DNA of 58,571 nucleotides, counting the filler, from Sphacelaria rigidula (Eukaryota), in NCBI GenBank assembly GCA_964200075.2. It is 7 parts of 7 records of this genome, joined end to end, with 100 filler letters (N's around TTAATTAATTAA, not from the genome) between each part and the next. Parts side by side here need not be neighbours in the genome. Positions count along the whole stretch, not along the records: positions 8,384 to 16,665 come from CAXNAA020011660.1; positions 16,766 to 25,047 come from CAXNAA020011661.1; positions 25,148 to 33,428 come from CAXNAA020011662.1; 4 more parts are not named here. One strand, given 5' to 3'. The notes beneath the pieces were generated by a model. The model was given only the letters and a program-made list of their open reading frames with translations. It was not told the origin of the DNA and did not search any database. Made by a program: the position numbers and the translations under genes. Shown one piece after another: positions 13,420-26,349 of the stretch. Within the stretch, counting starts at the first letter, position 1, and every line of letters begins with the position of its first letter.

Positions 13420-14560
13420 CTCGACCAATTTGCACGTGGGGTATGCAAATAAGAGTGCGCAGGTCGCGAACGCCTCCAGAACCAACTCCACGATAAACCC
13501 ACTTTCAGTTCGAAGTGCTGCACACACGAAATAACGCTCAGTCGCGCTCCACAGCAGTCCACAACAGGGAAGGCAAGAAAGGCTCTTGTCGTAGGGCAGG
13601 CTCTTGTCGTAGGGCAGGCTCTTGTCGTAGGGCAGGAGATCACATACGTCGGCGGCGATGAGCTAGTTCTCTACTCGATATTGACGAGCCAACAGTCGTG
13701 TGGGTTCTTGGCCAACCGAGCACCACACATGCGCGATTGAATGGATGCTCTGAACACACCGACTGTATACGCATCAGCTGCTTGATATCGAGAATACCGT
13801 CTGTTGTACTGCTGTTGTACAAGATACCACGCTATGTGTACGCTGTGCAGGCTATCGAGGCGGCAGCACGAGTAGTAGGACTGTTCCTGTATCGTACTAT
13901 TTGTCACCTGTGTACAGAACACTACAAGCCCTGTAACAGTACAATACTCCGGCGTACTACAGTACTGTCCTAATGTTGCATGCTGTCCGCTGTACAGAGT
14001 GTACAGTCCGCATAGGAGGCAACAGGCAGCGTTACTTGTAGCACAAGGAGGGTGTGATTTCACAAGTTCACTGCCCTTCTTGCGTGCATACGGCCGTGTA
14101 TCATATACAAAAGTACTCAGCGTACCGCAGTCTCCATCAACATGTCATCATCTGCCCGGATACACTGTTTTCCCGCGCACAGGCTGCGGCAGGTGTGGAC
14201 AGTTGTGGCTACGTAATCGCACACACACATGATAGGATGACGCCACAGCATCAACATTCTTTTTGTTCTTCGAGAAATTGTCTCGAAGTGGTGCTTCAAG
14301 AAAAAACGATTCACTCACGTAACAACAATGATTCCCGGTGATGTCGAGCAGAGAACTCATCGCCGCCCACGTTTGCGGTATCCTGCCCTACAAGAAAAAT
14401 GTGTTGGGTGTTACTGCCCTGCTGTGAGCAGAGTGAGCCGCTGTGGAGTACGAATGTTGTTTCGTGTGTTCAGCACCTGAGATTGGGTTTCTTGCGGATT
14501 TGGCTCTGGAGGCGTTCGCGACCTGCTCGCTCTTATTGCATACCCCACGGCACGTCGGGA
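13420..14560. mobile_element. Non-autonomous long-TIR (Mutator/foldback-like) element
   Basis: ~13420-13682 is a degenerate reverse complement of ~14340-14560 (e.g. gtggggtatgcaaataagagtgcgcaggtcgcgaacgcctccaga vs tctggaggcgttcgcgacctgctcgctcttattgcataccccac). Confidence 0.6.
13580..13636 (+). repeat. 18-bp tandem repeat x3
   Basis: aggctcttgtcgtagggc repeated three times perfectly. Confidence 0.95.
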
Positions 14561-15827
14561 GTATCTCTCAAATACTATTCCGAAACGAGGCATACCAAGA
14601 ACCCACCCATGATCCGCAAGTTTGGAATGTATCACAGTAGTGTGGAGGCCTAGATTATTGCCCTTTGATGCCACTCAGCGTTGTTATACCTGAAATTTAC
14701 GGCGCTACGCTATAGTTGCACGGGGTCGAGGCACCAATTTCTTCTGCGGATGGTATGGCATGTTTTCAAATCGAGGGGTAACTAGCTGCAGAGACCACGA
14801 CCATGTCCACGGGAACAATGCTGCGAGCGACATGAGTTTCAATAAGGAGAACTGCGCCCCTTGATATGCATTGCAGTTATACATGCATGCATCATATGCG
14901 GACATACATACATACCTCATTGTATAGTCAATCCACCGTGCAAGATAGGGCCACTTTGATGCGGATGCAGTCGGCTGCGGCTCTCCTGTCTTCTGCTGAA
15001 GCACCCGTCTCTTGTCGTATTTTAATTTTGACTGCTAACGCTTCCGTCATTATCTTGGATAATACATGATATTTGACGTACGCATCTGACGTTGCTATTC
15101 AAACTGCAGCACCTTCCTGTATCACATCAAGCCTCCATATATCAACATCCATCTCTCAGAGTCCGAAAATTCACCATTTTTTCTTGCGATAGGTACTTCT
15201 TGTTTTCAGCCGACGACTATCTGCACTGGACGGCCTGTGGTACCAAAGTGCCCCACACAGGTCAGGAACACTAAGTCCGAAAAACAGAGAAGGGCAACAT
15301 GCAACATGAACTTCTTGAGTTTGTAGTATACACCTGACCAATTCCTTCGTCGCTGGCTCTTGCAATGACCCACCCGCATCTACCTTTCGTTGGTGCTATG
15401 CGCAGCACGGTGCAGTACCGCCAGTGCAGTGGAAAATGTAAGAGCTTTACTGCTGCTTCATGCGGGTGAAACAAAGCTGGGTGTGCCTTTCGTTCTTCTT
15501 CCTGTTCGCACAACGAATCTTGAATCTTCATGGCTCCCTCTCGTGTCCTGCGCTGCAGTGTGGATCGAATAAAGTCACAAGGTCATCCAACAAACGCATA
15601 TTTCAGCATACGTCATATTCCGACTCTCAGATAACAACTCATGCTGCACCAAGTGCGAGATGGCTGTAATGCGGACCGCGTGCTTTTTGGATTCCATCGG
15701 AGTTCAACCCTTGGACCGCAAGGGAGTCCATTTGGATCATGCATACTTTTTTTCAAGTGAAATTGATGCCGATTCAGCAGATGTCCTTCTCTTTACGTCT
15801 GAGGGTTCAACACCCCTATGGTCCGTG

Positions 15828-15875
15828 TTAGGGTTGGGGTTAGGGTTAGGGTTAGGGTTAGGGTTAGGGTTAGGG
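15828..15875 (+). repeat. Interstitial telomere-like (TTAGGG)n tract
   Basis: About 8 units including one TTGGGG variant. A shorter CCCTAA tract lies at ~17506-17523. Confidence 0.85.
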
Positions 15876-16918
15876 GCGCGGTCCTTGCAGGGACTGTTCC
15901 GAGCGGTCTTGAAAAATATCGGTCCCTGGGTATTTTCAACTCCGATGTGGTCCAATAAGCACGCGATCCGCTCACGCACTACAATGACAACCCAAATCTC
16001 GCTCCACGCGGCCGACAACAGTCAGGGAGGCTGTAGCGCGAGCACCGTATCATACGAAGTACAAGTAGATGGCCCGAAGTGGGCTATGGCCGCACAGGCA
16101 AAACTTCCCTCACAATGCAGCAAGTCAAGGGCAAACAGCGCGCTACTCGGCCATGCTCGACCAGCAACATAGTCAGTCGGGGTTATGCCGTCGGCCCTGG
16201 AGCAGCGGTCTGTTGAAAATCCGTATGTACCGGTGTTGTAGTCTATGGTACAAACGAGTTTCGCCACACGTCATAAAGGTGCCAAATCTACCCTTGTTGT
16301 GGCACCCCCGTTCGCAGCGACGGAAACAACCTTCATACTCGTAACGTCGTCGTACTATCCAATCTTCGAACGAACACAATGCGGGGGAACCCTGGCATGC
16401 AGTGAATCGCCAAAACAATTGCGGGTCAACCGTAGCACTCTCTGCGGAGAAACAGGAAAGGAAGGTAGCGTATATCATTTTCTCCTGTGGGAATCTCTCG
16501 GACCTTGCCAGGCTCCCATTTTCGGTGCCTGGTCATTAGGCTGAATGACGGAGCCATGGGATGTTTTCAAGGCGATATATTCGACGCCAGTACGAGCTGG
16601 GCCAGCCTAAAAACGGATTTAAGCTCTAAAAGCAATATCTCATCGACACAGACGAGTTGGGCCGTNNNNNNNNNNNNNNNNNNNNNNNNNNNNNNNNNNN
16701 NNNNNNNNNTTAATTAATTAANNNNNNNNNNNNNNNNNNNNNNNNNNNNNNNNNNNNNNNNNNNNGAGTCAGGGGGATTCAGTCAGCACGAGTCAACTTC
16801 TTATACTAAAACCAAGTACTTTCCTGACGAATCATTATTTGTTCTAACCGTGAATACTTTTAAATGGCATGCGGTAGGATGGTGGTCGTCCATGTTCCAG
16901 AGGTCATATCAAACCTTT

Positions 16919-17180
16919 CAAGGGTCGGACAAATCAATCATTTGTCTGGAAATTACTTTGGCTTAGTGAAATTGATTCGAATCGTACGAATCAATCTCTA
17001 GGCCTTGTTTTCAGCGTTGCAACCCAGGTACACGCAGCCCAGACACATGGAACGGCGCAAAAGTTGCGTGGATACATACCCCTTGGACCAGCGGTCAACG
17101 TTTTTCTCCCTTTTGAGCAATCAGATCGAAGAAATCGTGGTTTGGTGATCCGAGCCCATGATGATTCGTCCTAACCGTCA
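16919..17180. mobile_element. ~260-bp MITE family copy
   Basis: Ends agggtcggacaaatc / gattcgtcctaaccgt form imperfect TIRs. A reverse copy lies at ~25455-25712 and partial copies at ~16775-16852, ~50585-50731 and ~58498-58571. Confidence 0.7.
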
Positions 17181-20100
17181 AACCTTTTGGAACCGTTGAT
17201 GGAAAAGTGACGATTTACAAATTCCCATATGCGAGAGCTTCCGTCACCGGGGAAATCGTCACTCCGAGCTCGGTGCTGCGCATGAATTTGTCACATCGAT
17301 ATACTTGAACTTGGAGTGGTGCACCGTTTGTTAATGGGCTGCTTCATCAACAGTTAGCTGCAGAAAAATAATCAAATCTTCACCAACAAAACGTCGATGG
17401 TAGATCGTCACTTTTCCATCAACGGTTCCAGAAGGGTCAATAACACTCGGTAGTAGAACGGAAATTTCTGAGAAATTTCATGATTTTGAGATGATGCTGA
17501 TCCAAACCCTAACCCTAACCCCAACCAAGACATACGAGAACTCTCGGGCAAGTGGGGTTCAAAGGGTTTCCTGCACAAAGTATGGCATTGAGAAGAAGTC
17601 AAATCAGCGCCTTTGACGAACAAGCGCTTTCTGCGAACGCTAGGAACACTCGGCTCTGTTGGCCTCCACCAAAGATCCGAATTTTCGAGCTCACACTCAA
17701 ACCAAGTAATAATATCCCGCGAAGGTCATCTTTCACCAAGTGGTAATATCTACCGATGATTTGAGGAAGACCATCGCTGATATTTCTAGGGCGTCAATAC
17801 ATACTCCGGGTGCTCCCCGGGTGCTCCCCGGATGCTCCGGAGTCTTCATTTACCTTGGGCAGTCGATACTCCAGATATATATTTATACCTTGGTGGAAAC
17901 ATCCTAACTCCGCATCTCAGGGGTGTCAGTCGACACTCAACGTATTCACTCTGGATTGTTAAGTGCAGTACTCTACTGCAAATTAGTATCTCTGGAAACT
18001 CTGGAACACCTGCACTCCCGTGTACCCGTGGGCGCAAACCACTCTTTAGATTTCTCGGAACACTTTTCACATGTGTTTCTCTTTCCTAACCTTCATATCC
18101 TCGGGATCCCATCTCCACCTCGCCCCGGACGGCACTACTGCTGCCCTTCTTACTGAGTTTAGGGTGGGCCTCGCCGCCGCCGCTGCTCGAGCGCCTACTG
18201 CTGCTGCCGCCGCCGGCATCGCCGACCGGAAACATGACTGCCGGTGGCACGCAGACACACACACACACACCCGTCCCGTCCCGTCCCGTCCCGTCCAGCT
18301 CCGCGCGCGCTCGCCCTTCGCTGCGTTATTCGAGGTGTTCGCGGGCGCGGGACATTATTGTTGTATTGATCCATTTTTATTTTCATCTTTATTTTACCAT
18401 GGTCACGTCATCGTACATCGTGCATTTAGTGAGCAAGTCGAACTTTTTTTTTTCAATTCCAATCATTTACTGATCGTTATCATCATCATCGTGTACCACA
18501 GTATTCGGATCCTCAAGGGGATGATGATTCCTCGTGCTCGGCCTGCGTGCGCAGCACGTGCTTTTCCCCAAATCGATGCCCGCCGTGCCGATTTCGGATC
18601 TGGTATCACATTTTTACCTAGGATGTCTGAGCCGGTCGCCCCGGTTGCCCGATCGGTAACCTTTCGGACGTGTTGTACGAACTTTGAGGCGCACCTATGG
18701 TCGTGTTGCCTTCGCGTCAGGATTGGATTTAGATGGAATTGAGAGGAGCCCCGGGAATCGACTTGCACGAACTTTCGGACGCGATTATGGGCCAAACAGT
18801 ACCGGGGACAACAAGGACTGCGCAGGAGACCCTCTTTTGTCCGAGCACCGGTTGGGGCGACCCACTTCAATCTACTATTTTCATCCCTCCCCCCCTCTCC
18901 CTCATCCATTTTCACACCCCTTTTTGCCCGAAACATGCTCTCTGTTGACCACTCTCTGCCCCACGGAAGTCACCCTCCACGCCACCGCACGGCAGGACAT
19001 CGGAGGACCTAAAATGTCTCAACTGCCTCTCTCTGCGGCCTGGAGGAACCCACCGCACAAACCCCAGACCCGATCGGAGTGTCTAGCTGGCTGCTAGATC
19101 ACCGCACAACAGCAGCAACGGCCAAAAACGATCTCTCACGTAGGATTGATCTACAACACTTGCAAACCCGAACGGAACTCAACGGGGCTTGGTCCAAAAA
19201 ATACGGTCAGAAGATTTTGTAGGGGCGAATAGGATCCTTGCATCACTTCTCTGTGCGGAGAGTTGGCCTTTGCGCTGCCGCTGCTGCTGCATACATGATA
19301 TAAACGTAACTTACTGGAGATATAGCACAATCGAGGTTCCTGGTACATTTTACAGCAATCTACTGTTATATCGAGGATCTCGAGCTTGAGATACCTCCAC
19401 TATTTAATAGGGGGTATTATAGACAGGACTTTCTTTCAGACAAGATCTCGGATATTTTCGGACAGTTTCTGTTTTTCCGGACAAATGTGGGGACAGGTTT
19501 TTCACCTAATTGAGGCAATAAGGAATGAATCAATGTTGAGTCTCCGCCAACTCGGGATGATCCGAAGTTTGCCGGGCAAAGGGAACGCTCGTCAGGTACC
19601 ACAGCGGCCCTGGGCACTCTGTCGACAGCAGAACCGTCCAAGTAGCGTAGGAGATTACAAGAACGCAGTCCAGAATACCGGCAGATGCGCGAACCGGTCC
19701 AATAGCTGTTCAATGCCGCCGAAGCACTGCCTGGGCACGCTCTCTCTCCCTCACACACACAGGCGCACAGTGGCAGTAGTACATCAACACAGCAGCGCTT
19801 TATTTTGGACCCATAAAGCGCTTCTACACATACCATTTTCTTTTGCGGTGGCAACTCGTTGGGTTTCGTCAGAGTGTGTAACTACGTTGCAAAAAAAATA
19901 ATCTCGTTACGACAGATCGTTACCGGCCTTTATTTTTGTTGTGCGGTGAAGTAGGGACCTTACACCCAAGCCGAAAGGGTCTGGTTTGTGCGCGGCGGAC
20001 TTCTCCAGGCAGAAAAAACAAGTGGTGGAGACGTTTTAGGTCCTCCGATGTTCTGCCGCAGAGCCCGTGCCTGTGTTTTCGCCACTGCCTCCTTTCGACT

Positions 20101-20676
20101 GAAAGGGTGTGTGGTCGACTCACTCTCGTCTATTTCCCCCCAAGACTCCTGTGTCGACCATCCTCCTGTGTAAGCCTGGACAACATGCCCACATTATTCC
20201 TAGGGTGTAGAATGGCGTCCAGAATAGATTGTGGGTGATGGTATGGCGATACACACACACCGTCGTGCGCGCGCGCACTAGCTCTCACGTGCTCCGTCTA
20301 CCTTGAGTATGGGTTTGGGCTAGGGTCAGGCTCACCATTTGTCAAAACACAAAAGGGTGCTTTCCGACGTATTTGGGGATAAACAAACTCGCCTCTCGCT
20401 TGTGAAGAGCACGATTAGTGCATGCCACATATGGGCGAGAAGAAAAAAAATGTAACATTTGAAATGCACAACGTCTGCCCGATTACACGGTGATGACGGA
20501 GCTCCCGCCGAGAAAGGGTACATTACCTTCTTGGTTGCATGTACCCGGGTTTTGAGGGCGGTATGTGTGCGCACGTCCTCACTCACTTTTGTGCACTGTC
20601 GAACAGCAACACACCGCGGTGGGGTATCGCGCACAACAGTAGGAGCCAGGCAAATTGCCCGCCTGTCCCACTGTAT

Positions 20677-21292
20677 TGTACGAGCCGGGCCAGCTGACAG
20701 TGATTTGTGAATGTATCCGGACCGGGCGGTGGGTAATCCGAAGCGTTGGGTGCTGAAATTTTGACACAACATTTTGATCATCAGTACGCACAGCCTTCTC
20801 GGGGATCCTGAGAAGAAGAAAAAAACAGAAAGTTAGAGCGATTTGAAGCTTTTGGCGAAAACTAGAAAAATGCTACAACTCCGTGAAAATAAATAAATAC
20901 GGGGGAATCCCTACTGTAGTTGTGCGTCCTTGTGTGGAGGAGACCCTGGTACAATTTCGGTAAAAAATTCCAGAAATTTGGCGCAGCATCCAACTTTTCG
21001 TGTGGCACGGCTGCGCTCCTTTAATCCAAGGGGTGCAGTTGACTCCAGTTATGGAGGTCACGAGCTCGAATCCCGACGGGTTCCTTTTTTTTTCTTTTGT
21101 TCCGTCGGTTAGGTGATACATTATGCGGTACATTTTTCTTCATTTTTTTTTCTTCATTCAGCGGCAGTCCCGTGCGTTACCACGTTGGTCTGCAAGTCAC
21201 ACTGATTTACCCAAGTCGGGCTCATTTGGTAAACTTGATAAGTTATTGTGTGACATGCAAATGCGGGATTCACTGCTGGCCCAGCTCGTACA
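20677..21292. mobile_element. ~615-bp MITE-like element, same family as 12113-12716
   Basis: tgtacgagccgggccagc (20677-20694) is inverted to gctggcccagctcgtaca (21275-21292). Confidence 0.6.
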
Positions 21293-21711
21293 CCAGGTTT
21301 TTCTGCCAATGCTCGTACATTTGGTGATACTTTGCGCATGGTAATTTAGAGAAAAGTGTGAAAACAGCAAACGTTTCGACTATTTCGATATGCAATCACA
21401 AGTTTTTGAGTCGTGAAACTGGTTGTGCTCGTCCTGTTCGGTTGGCTGTGGGGAGATGAGGGGGTCAATTTCCGTTAACCTCGCGCGCAAAATCACAACA
21501 TTGCTAGACTACACCCGCGCGCGCCTCCCACAGCACGCATCCCCTCCCCCCCTTTTCAGCAAATACATAGCGCCTTTCAGATGTCCACAACAACAATGTG
21601 TGTTGACCACTTACACGTACCACTATTGGCGACATCACGGCTGCTGTGATGTTCCAAGTTCCGGCCGTTGCTGAGACGACAAAGCGCTGTTGTTCGTCGT
21701 GTACATCGTGG

Positions 21712-22074
21712 TGTGTGTGTGTGTGCTGTCGTCCCATTTATTCTGGGCGCCAGTCTACACGTTTCGGTGTCTGTGGGTGCACTAGCCGGGGTCACACAAG
21801 AGGAAGGCCAACACAGGAGTTTTGTCTTTTTCTTTTAATTTGTTTTTAGTACCCCGCCTTCCTTCTGCGGTGCTTGCCTTTATATTTTATCGCGAGCGGG
21901 GTTCAGCAGTTTCTTTCCCTCGTCGACCGTTGAACCGAATTTTGTGTACCCACGACACAGTCGCTCTCCACTATTGGGCATGGTGTGAGAAAAAATCCCA
22001 GATCGATCCGGGAATTGAACCCACCACCCAATCGTCAGAAGGTTTCGAGGTTACCAACTGAGCCACCGGGGCGA
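21712..22074 (-). mobile_element. tRNA-derived SINE (family A)
   Basis: Minus-strand A box TGGCTCAGTTGG (22054-22065), B box GGTTCAATTCC (22011-22021) and (CA)n tail. Homologous copy at 35177-35533. Head fragments at ~18632-18668 and ~41985-42041. Confidence 0.85.
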
Positions 22075-25000
22075 TCGGCATGACCGACCGGCGTGGCCTA
22101 CACACGAATAAAAAAGGACGGGCTTGTTATGCGTGGCGAATGCCTGTTCCTGTGTGCAGACGTTGTTTCTGCACCAAAAAAAACTATTCCGATCCCATCT
22201 TCCTGCCCCTCGACAAGATAACCCGGTCAAATAGCGGCCACTTACGTAAAGGGTTGGGTGCCTACAAGGGCCACCTTCGGAACACCCGGATCCGTACGTG
22301 GACCCGTGTTGGACGCTAAGCGGGTGGGTTGTTTCGAGGGGTTCGAAACAACTGTTCGTTGCGGAGAAACAACTTCTGGACATAAAATACCGTTGCCACG
22401 CATATGAAGCGTGTCATATTTATGTGTGCACTAGCAGCGCGGCCAGGAGCGTATAACCCGTCGGAGATCAGCGAAGCATCAGCAGCGATCGCGCCAGCCC
22501 AAAGCGTATGGTACCAGACCAGTAGGAAGGGTAGATATGAGACAAGACTGTATCATACAAAACCTTGTCACGAGCTGTATATGGGCATGTGTACGAAGGT
22601 GTCAGCATGGATAACGGGCAAAATAGTTCATGAGCACACATACGCGTATAACAACAAAAACATGCACCGTCGTCCCTTAACTGTTGCAGAAGAAATATGA
22701 CGCTGCATGTCCATTGATAAGTCAAGATTGTTCAATGTCGCAACATTCCTGTGGAGAGCCCATGTCCTTCTGGCGTCATCTACGCTACGCTTACAAAAAT
22801 ACCATCCTCCAGGAAAGCTCGCCGCACTTCCAGCGAAAAAAACTCTTGGGAGCGAAAATCACAGATGTTTGAAGGGTTAATCCCTCTGATGGCAAAGCAA
22901 ATCTATTCGAGCCAAAGCACACCACGGCGGACGATTCGTGTCTCGGTGTTGAACGTATAGTTCGTCGGTAGCTAAGACCTACGAATGCCTCAATCAAGGG
23001 GTTACCTCTTTGAAATATACCTTTCGGTCACTACCCCCACCCAGATTGCCGAATAGATTGCCCATATGGCCAACTTAGCGTCGGAACTCATGTTTTTCAA
23101 GCCGCACACAAACGCCAATTTACGCAAACACGTAGTGTTGAGCGTTCGTATGGTTAAAAACTGAGCACGGGAGAACACCTAACCGGCTTTGGGCCACATG
23201 CCAAGTAGGGTGCTGTACACAGTCTTCACTGAGCCATGATCGTGGGGTACATGGCTCCTCCCATGCCTTGCAAGTGGTGCACGCTGGCAGGCGCCGCTGC
23301 TACTCGCTTGGCACGGGCAAAACTATAGGCTGTCTGGTTATGCATATGCTTTCGTGGGTTTGACACTGTCCGGGCAGTGCTCATCACCTCGCACATGTTT
23401 TGATCCTGCACGCGTGTCATATCGTCTCAGCTGTACTGTTTCACTGCTTGAATTGTTTCGACTGTACTATATATATACAAACCTTTTCATCAGCGGCCGA
23501 ATACCACAACAGTGCAAAACAATCCGCGTGATACGGATTTCTACCGAATGCAGGCTCCAACACACTGGTTTCATCTCTGCCCACGTAGCGTTCCACAACA
23601 GCACTGCAGACAGTGTGGAGCTGTGTTGACAGCACAAGAGGGGCGAGACAGGTAATAACGGCTGTACCCAGAGTAAAACAAGAATATCCATTTACCGTGT
23701 GCTTCAGTGATTCAGTGGACGTTGCAGAAATGGTCAGGACTGCCTTGACCGCCAAGTGGGGTAGTATTGGGCAATGTGCAAGATAATACAACATCCAGTT
23801 TGACCAATCAGCATAATGAAAAGGTCACGCCACCTCACTCTAGACCTGTTGTCCGACGTCAAAGCCCTGAAAACACGCATGGTTGATGTAGTAAGCTTCC
23901 TCCAATGATCTGGGAACACCCCCCACCTCCCTCCCTCCTGTCGTGAAAAAAATACGCCCCTGGAAACCCCTGGATCCCCCTGGACTATCCGCCGACGATA
24001 ATGTTCCCGGACAAGGCTGTATGTCAAGGAATGAACCCTTCGCCGCGCCCATTTTCAGAATAATATTGCCGGTTGACAGTCCCAGGTAACAACTTTCCGA
24101 GGATAGAGCGAAGGGAGCGGGGTTATAGTATTGCGGGGGTGTTTCGGTGATACGGGAAGCATCTAGAATTTAAACTGCCATAGATAAACCTTGTTTTGAT
24201 CCTGCACGTGTATGTCACATTGTCTCAACTGTCTGTACTGCCGCTGATGGTTCTGTAACCGTGCAAGCAGTTTTCTTTCATCAGTTGCTGAATACAGTTG
24301 TCTATACAGCGGCATGAAACAAAACAGCATACCATCGCTCGTCGCGGCAGCCTACCTACTGCACGTTGTTTCCATCCCCCTAGAACTATTAGAACAACAA
24401 AACTTGAGACAGTGAATGTGCAGCTTTCTTGACAGCACACAATTGAGGCAAGGCAAAGGGCAGGAAGTACGTACAGAGAAAAATTACCTCCTCTATTGCG
24501 TGCTTCAGTGTTTGAGTGGTCGGTTCGTAAATGGCCAAACATACCTAGGGCGTAGGGCGCGTAGCGGCGCCATACACCAAATATTCGTGCATTAGCAAGG
24601 CTTTGTACGTGCAAGACAAGCTCTCACATGACCACATCTGAGCCAGGCACAAGTCTCTTACAGATGACCATCTTTGAATCGGAAGGCGAAAGTGGAAATC
24701 TCACACGACCATACCTGAACGGGACGGCAAAAGTGGAGATCTTACATGACCATCGTCGAACAGGTTCAGGAACATGGTGGATCAAAAGACACGTGTAAAG
24801 CTAGCCGTGTCAAGAACGGCAGCCAATCAACGATTCTACCACCCGTCGGGCCTTGTGCTCGACTAAGAATTGTCCTCTGGGAACTCACCAACACGCATGC
24901 TAGACTTCGCAAGCTTTTCCGGTTGGTCTGGAGACAGGTACCCATTCCACCCTCAAAAACCACCCCCCCCGCGTTCCGAAAGAAGTCGAGAAAGTGTGGA

Positions 25001-25147
25001 AGGAGATAGGCGGAGAGCAAGACGAAATACTACCCATAGATGAAGACNNNNNNNNNNNNNNNNNNNNNNNNNNNNNNNNNNNNNNNNNNNNTTAATTAAT
25101 TAANNNNNNNNNNNNNNNNNNNNNNNNNNNNNNNNNNNNNNNNNNNN

Positions 25148-25322
25148 CGGGCTGTGTTATGGTAGGGTAAGTAAAAGGAGGGTTAGCTTCTCTATTCCCT
25201 GTCTATGTCCGGGGTGTGTTATGGTAGGGTAAATAAAAAGGGGGGTTAGCTTTTCTATTTCCTGTCCATGTCTGGGCTGTGTTATAGTAAATTAAATAAG
25301 AAGGAGGTCAGCTTTTCTATTT
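25148..25322 (+). repeat. ~63-bp tandem repeat, ~3 copies
   Basis: gggctgtgttatggtagggtaa...ggttagcttttctatt recurs three times at the contig start. Confidence 0.8.
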
Positions 25323-25454
25323 CGTGACAGTCTCTACATTTGTCTAGGTTTTGGTGGCTTGTTTTACAGCGCCGTTGCCACTCGACGCCAACCCAAGAGT
25401 CTATAGGTGAGGGGGGGTGGGGGGGCGGGGCACCAACTAGGGATGCAATAAAGC

Positions 25455-25712
25455 ACGGTTAGGACAAATCATCACGACTCAAAATCACCAAATTCATGAT
25501 TTCCTCGGCCTGATTGCCTGAAAGAGAGAAAACAGTTGGTCGCTGATCCAGGAGGTATCCACGCAACGTTTGCGCCATTCCACGTGTCTGGGCTGCGTGT
25601 ACCTGGGTTGCAACGAGCGCTGAAATAAAGTTCAGGAATTGATTCATCACGAGTCGACTCATCACACTAAAACCAAGTAATTTTCGGACGAATCATTATT
25701 TGTCCGACCCTT
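25455..25712. mobile_element. MITE copy (family of 16919-17180)
   Basis: Reverse-complement similarity to 16919-17180. Abuts the copia fragment. Confidence 0.7.
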
Positions 25713-25722
25713 AATAAAGTAA

Positions 25723-26349
25723 GGTGACCCGTGTGTGTACAAACAGGAGGAAGGGGGGAATGTGTGTGCCATACTCGTTGTGCATGTAGACATTCTAATT
25801 GCAGGTAAAACAAAGACAGTGGAGAAGGTATGCGATATCCTAAGCAAAAGATTTCGGACGGACAACCTAGGTGAAATCCAGTGGTATATGGGATGTGCCA
25901 TGGAGAGGAATTGGGAGAGAGGTACCATGCACGTGAACTAGACGACCCTTATCGACACCATGCTGAAGCGCTTTGAAGTTACGGATTTTTCTGATATTCC
26001 CGCCTGAGTATCAGCAGACTTAGGACCGGTGAAGCAAGGAGACACGGTTGTGGATAAACCATACCGGAGTGCTGTGGGAGAGTTGATGTGGTTGGCTGGG
26101 CTAACCAGGCCCGACATTGCAAAGGCAGCCCGAGACCTGGCCCGTCAATCACATGACCCATGTGAAAGACACTGGCGAGGGGTGTTGAAAGTTATGGCGT
26201 ACCTCGACACAACCAGAAATTACGGTCTGTCTTTCAGTTGACGGGAAAGTATGCTCTCAGTCTGTTGTGATGACAACTACGCCAAGAAAGATACAGAGAG
26301 GCGATCAGTTTCCGGGGTAGCGGTCATGTACGGGAAGATAGCAGTATAG
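25723..26349 (+). pseudogene. Ty1/copia reverse transcriptase C-terminus and RNase H start (fragment)
   Basis: DPCVY, VVHVD(D lost)IL, DNLGEIQWYMGC, PYRSAVGELMWL...TRPDIA, ERRSVSG. One frame with stops at 25939, ~26005 and 26239. Confidence 0.9.

Noticed and set aside
18093-18235. Gly/Ser-rich minus-strand first exon (MFPVGDAGGGSSS...)
   Set aside because: Low complexity with no homology cue; the apparent donor coincides with a probable repeat terminus.
22005-22074. tRNA gene (also ~35465-35533, ~51110-51188, ~55730-55803)
   Set aside because: A and B boxes are present but no full cloverleaf, and each is attached to a shared downstream body, so these are SINE heads.
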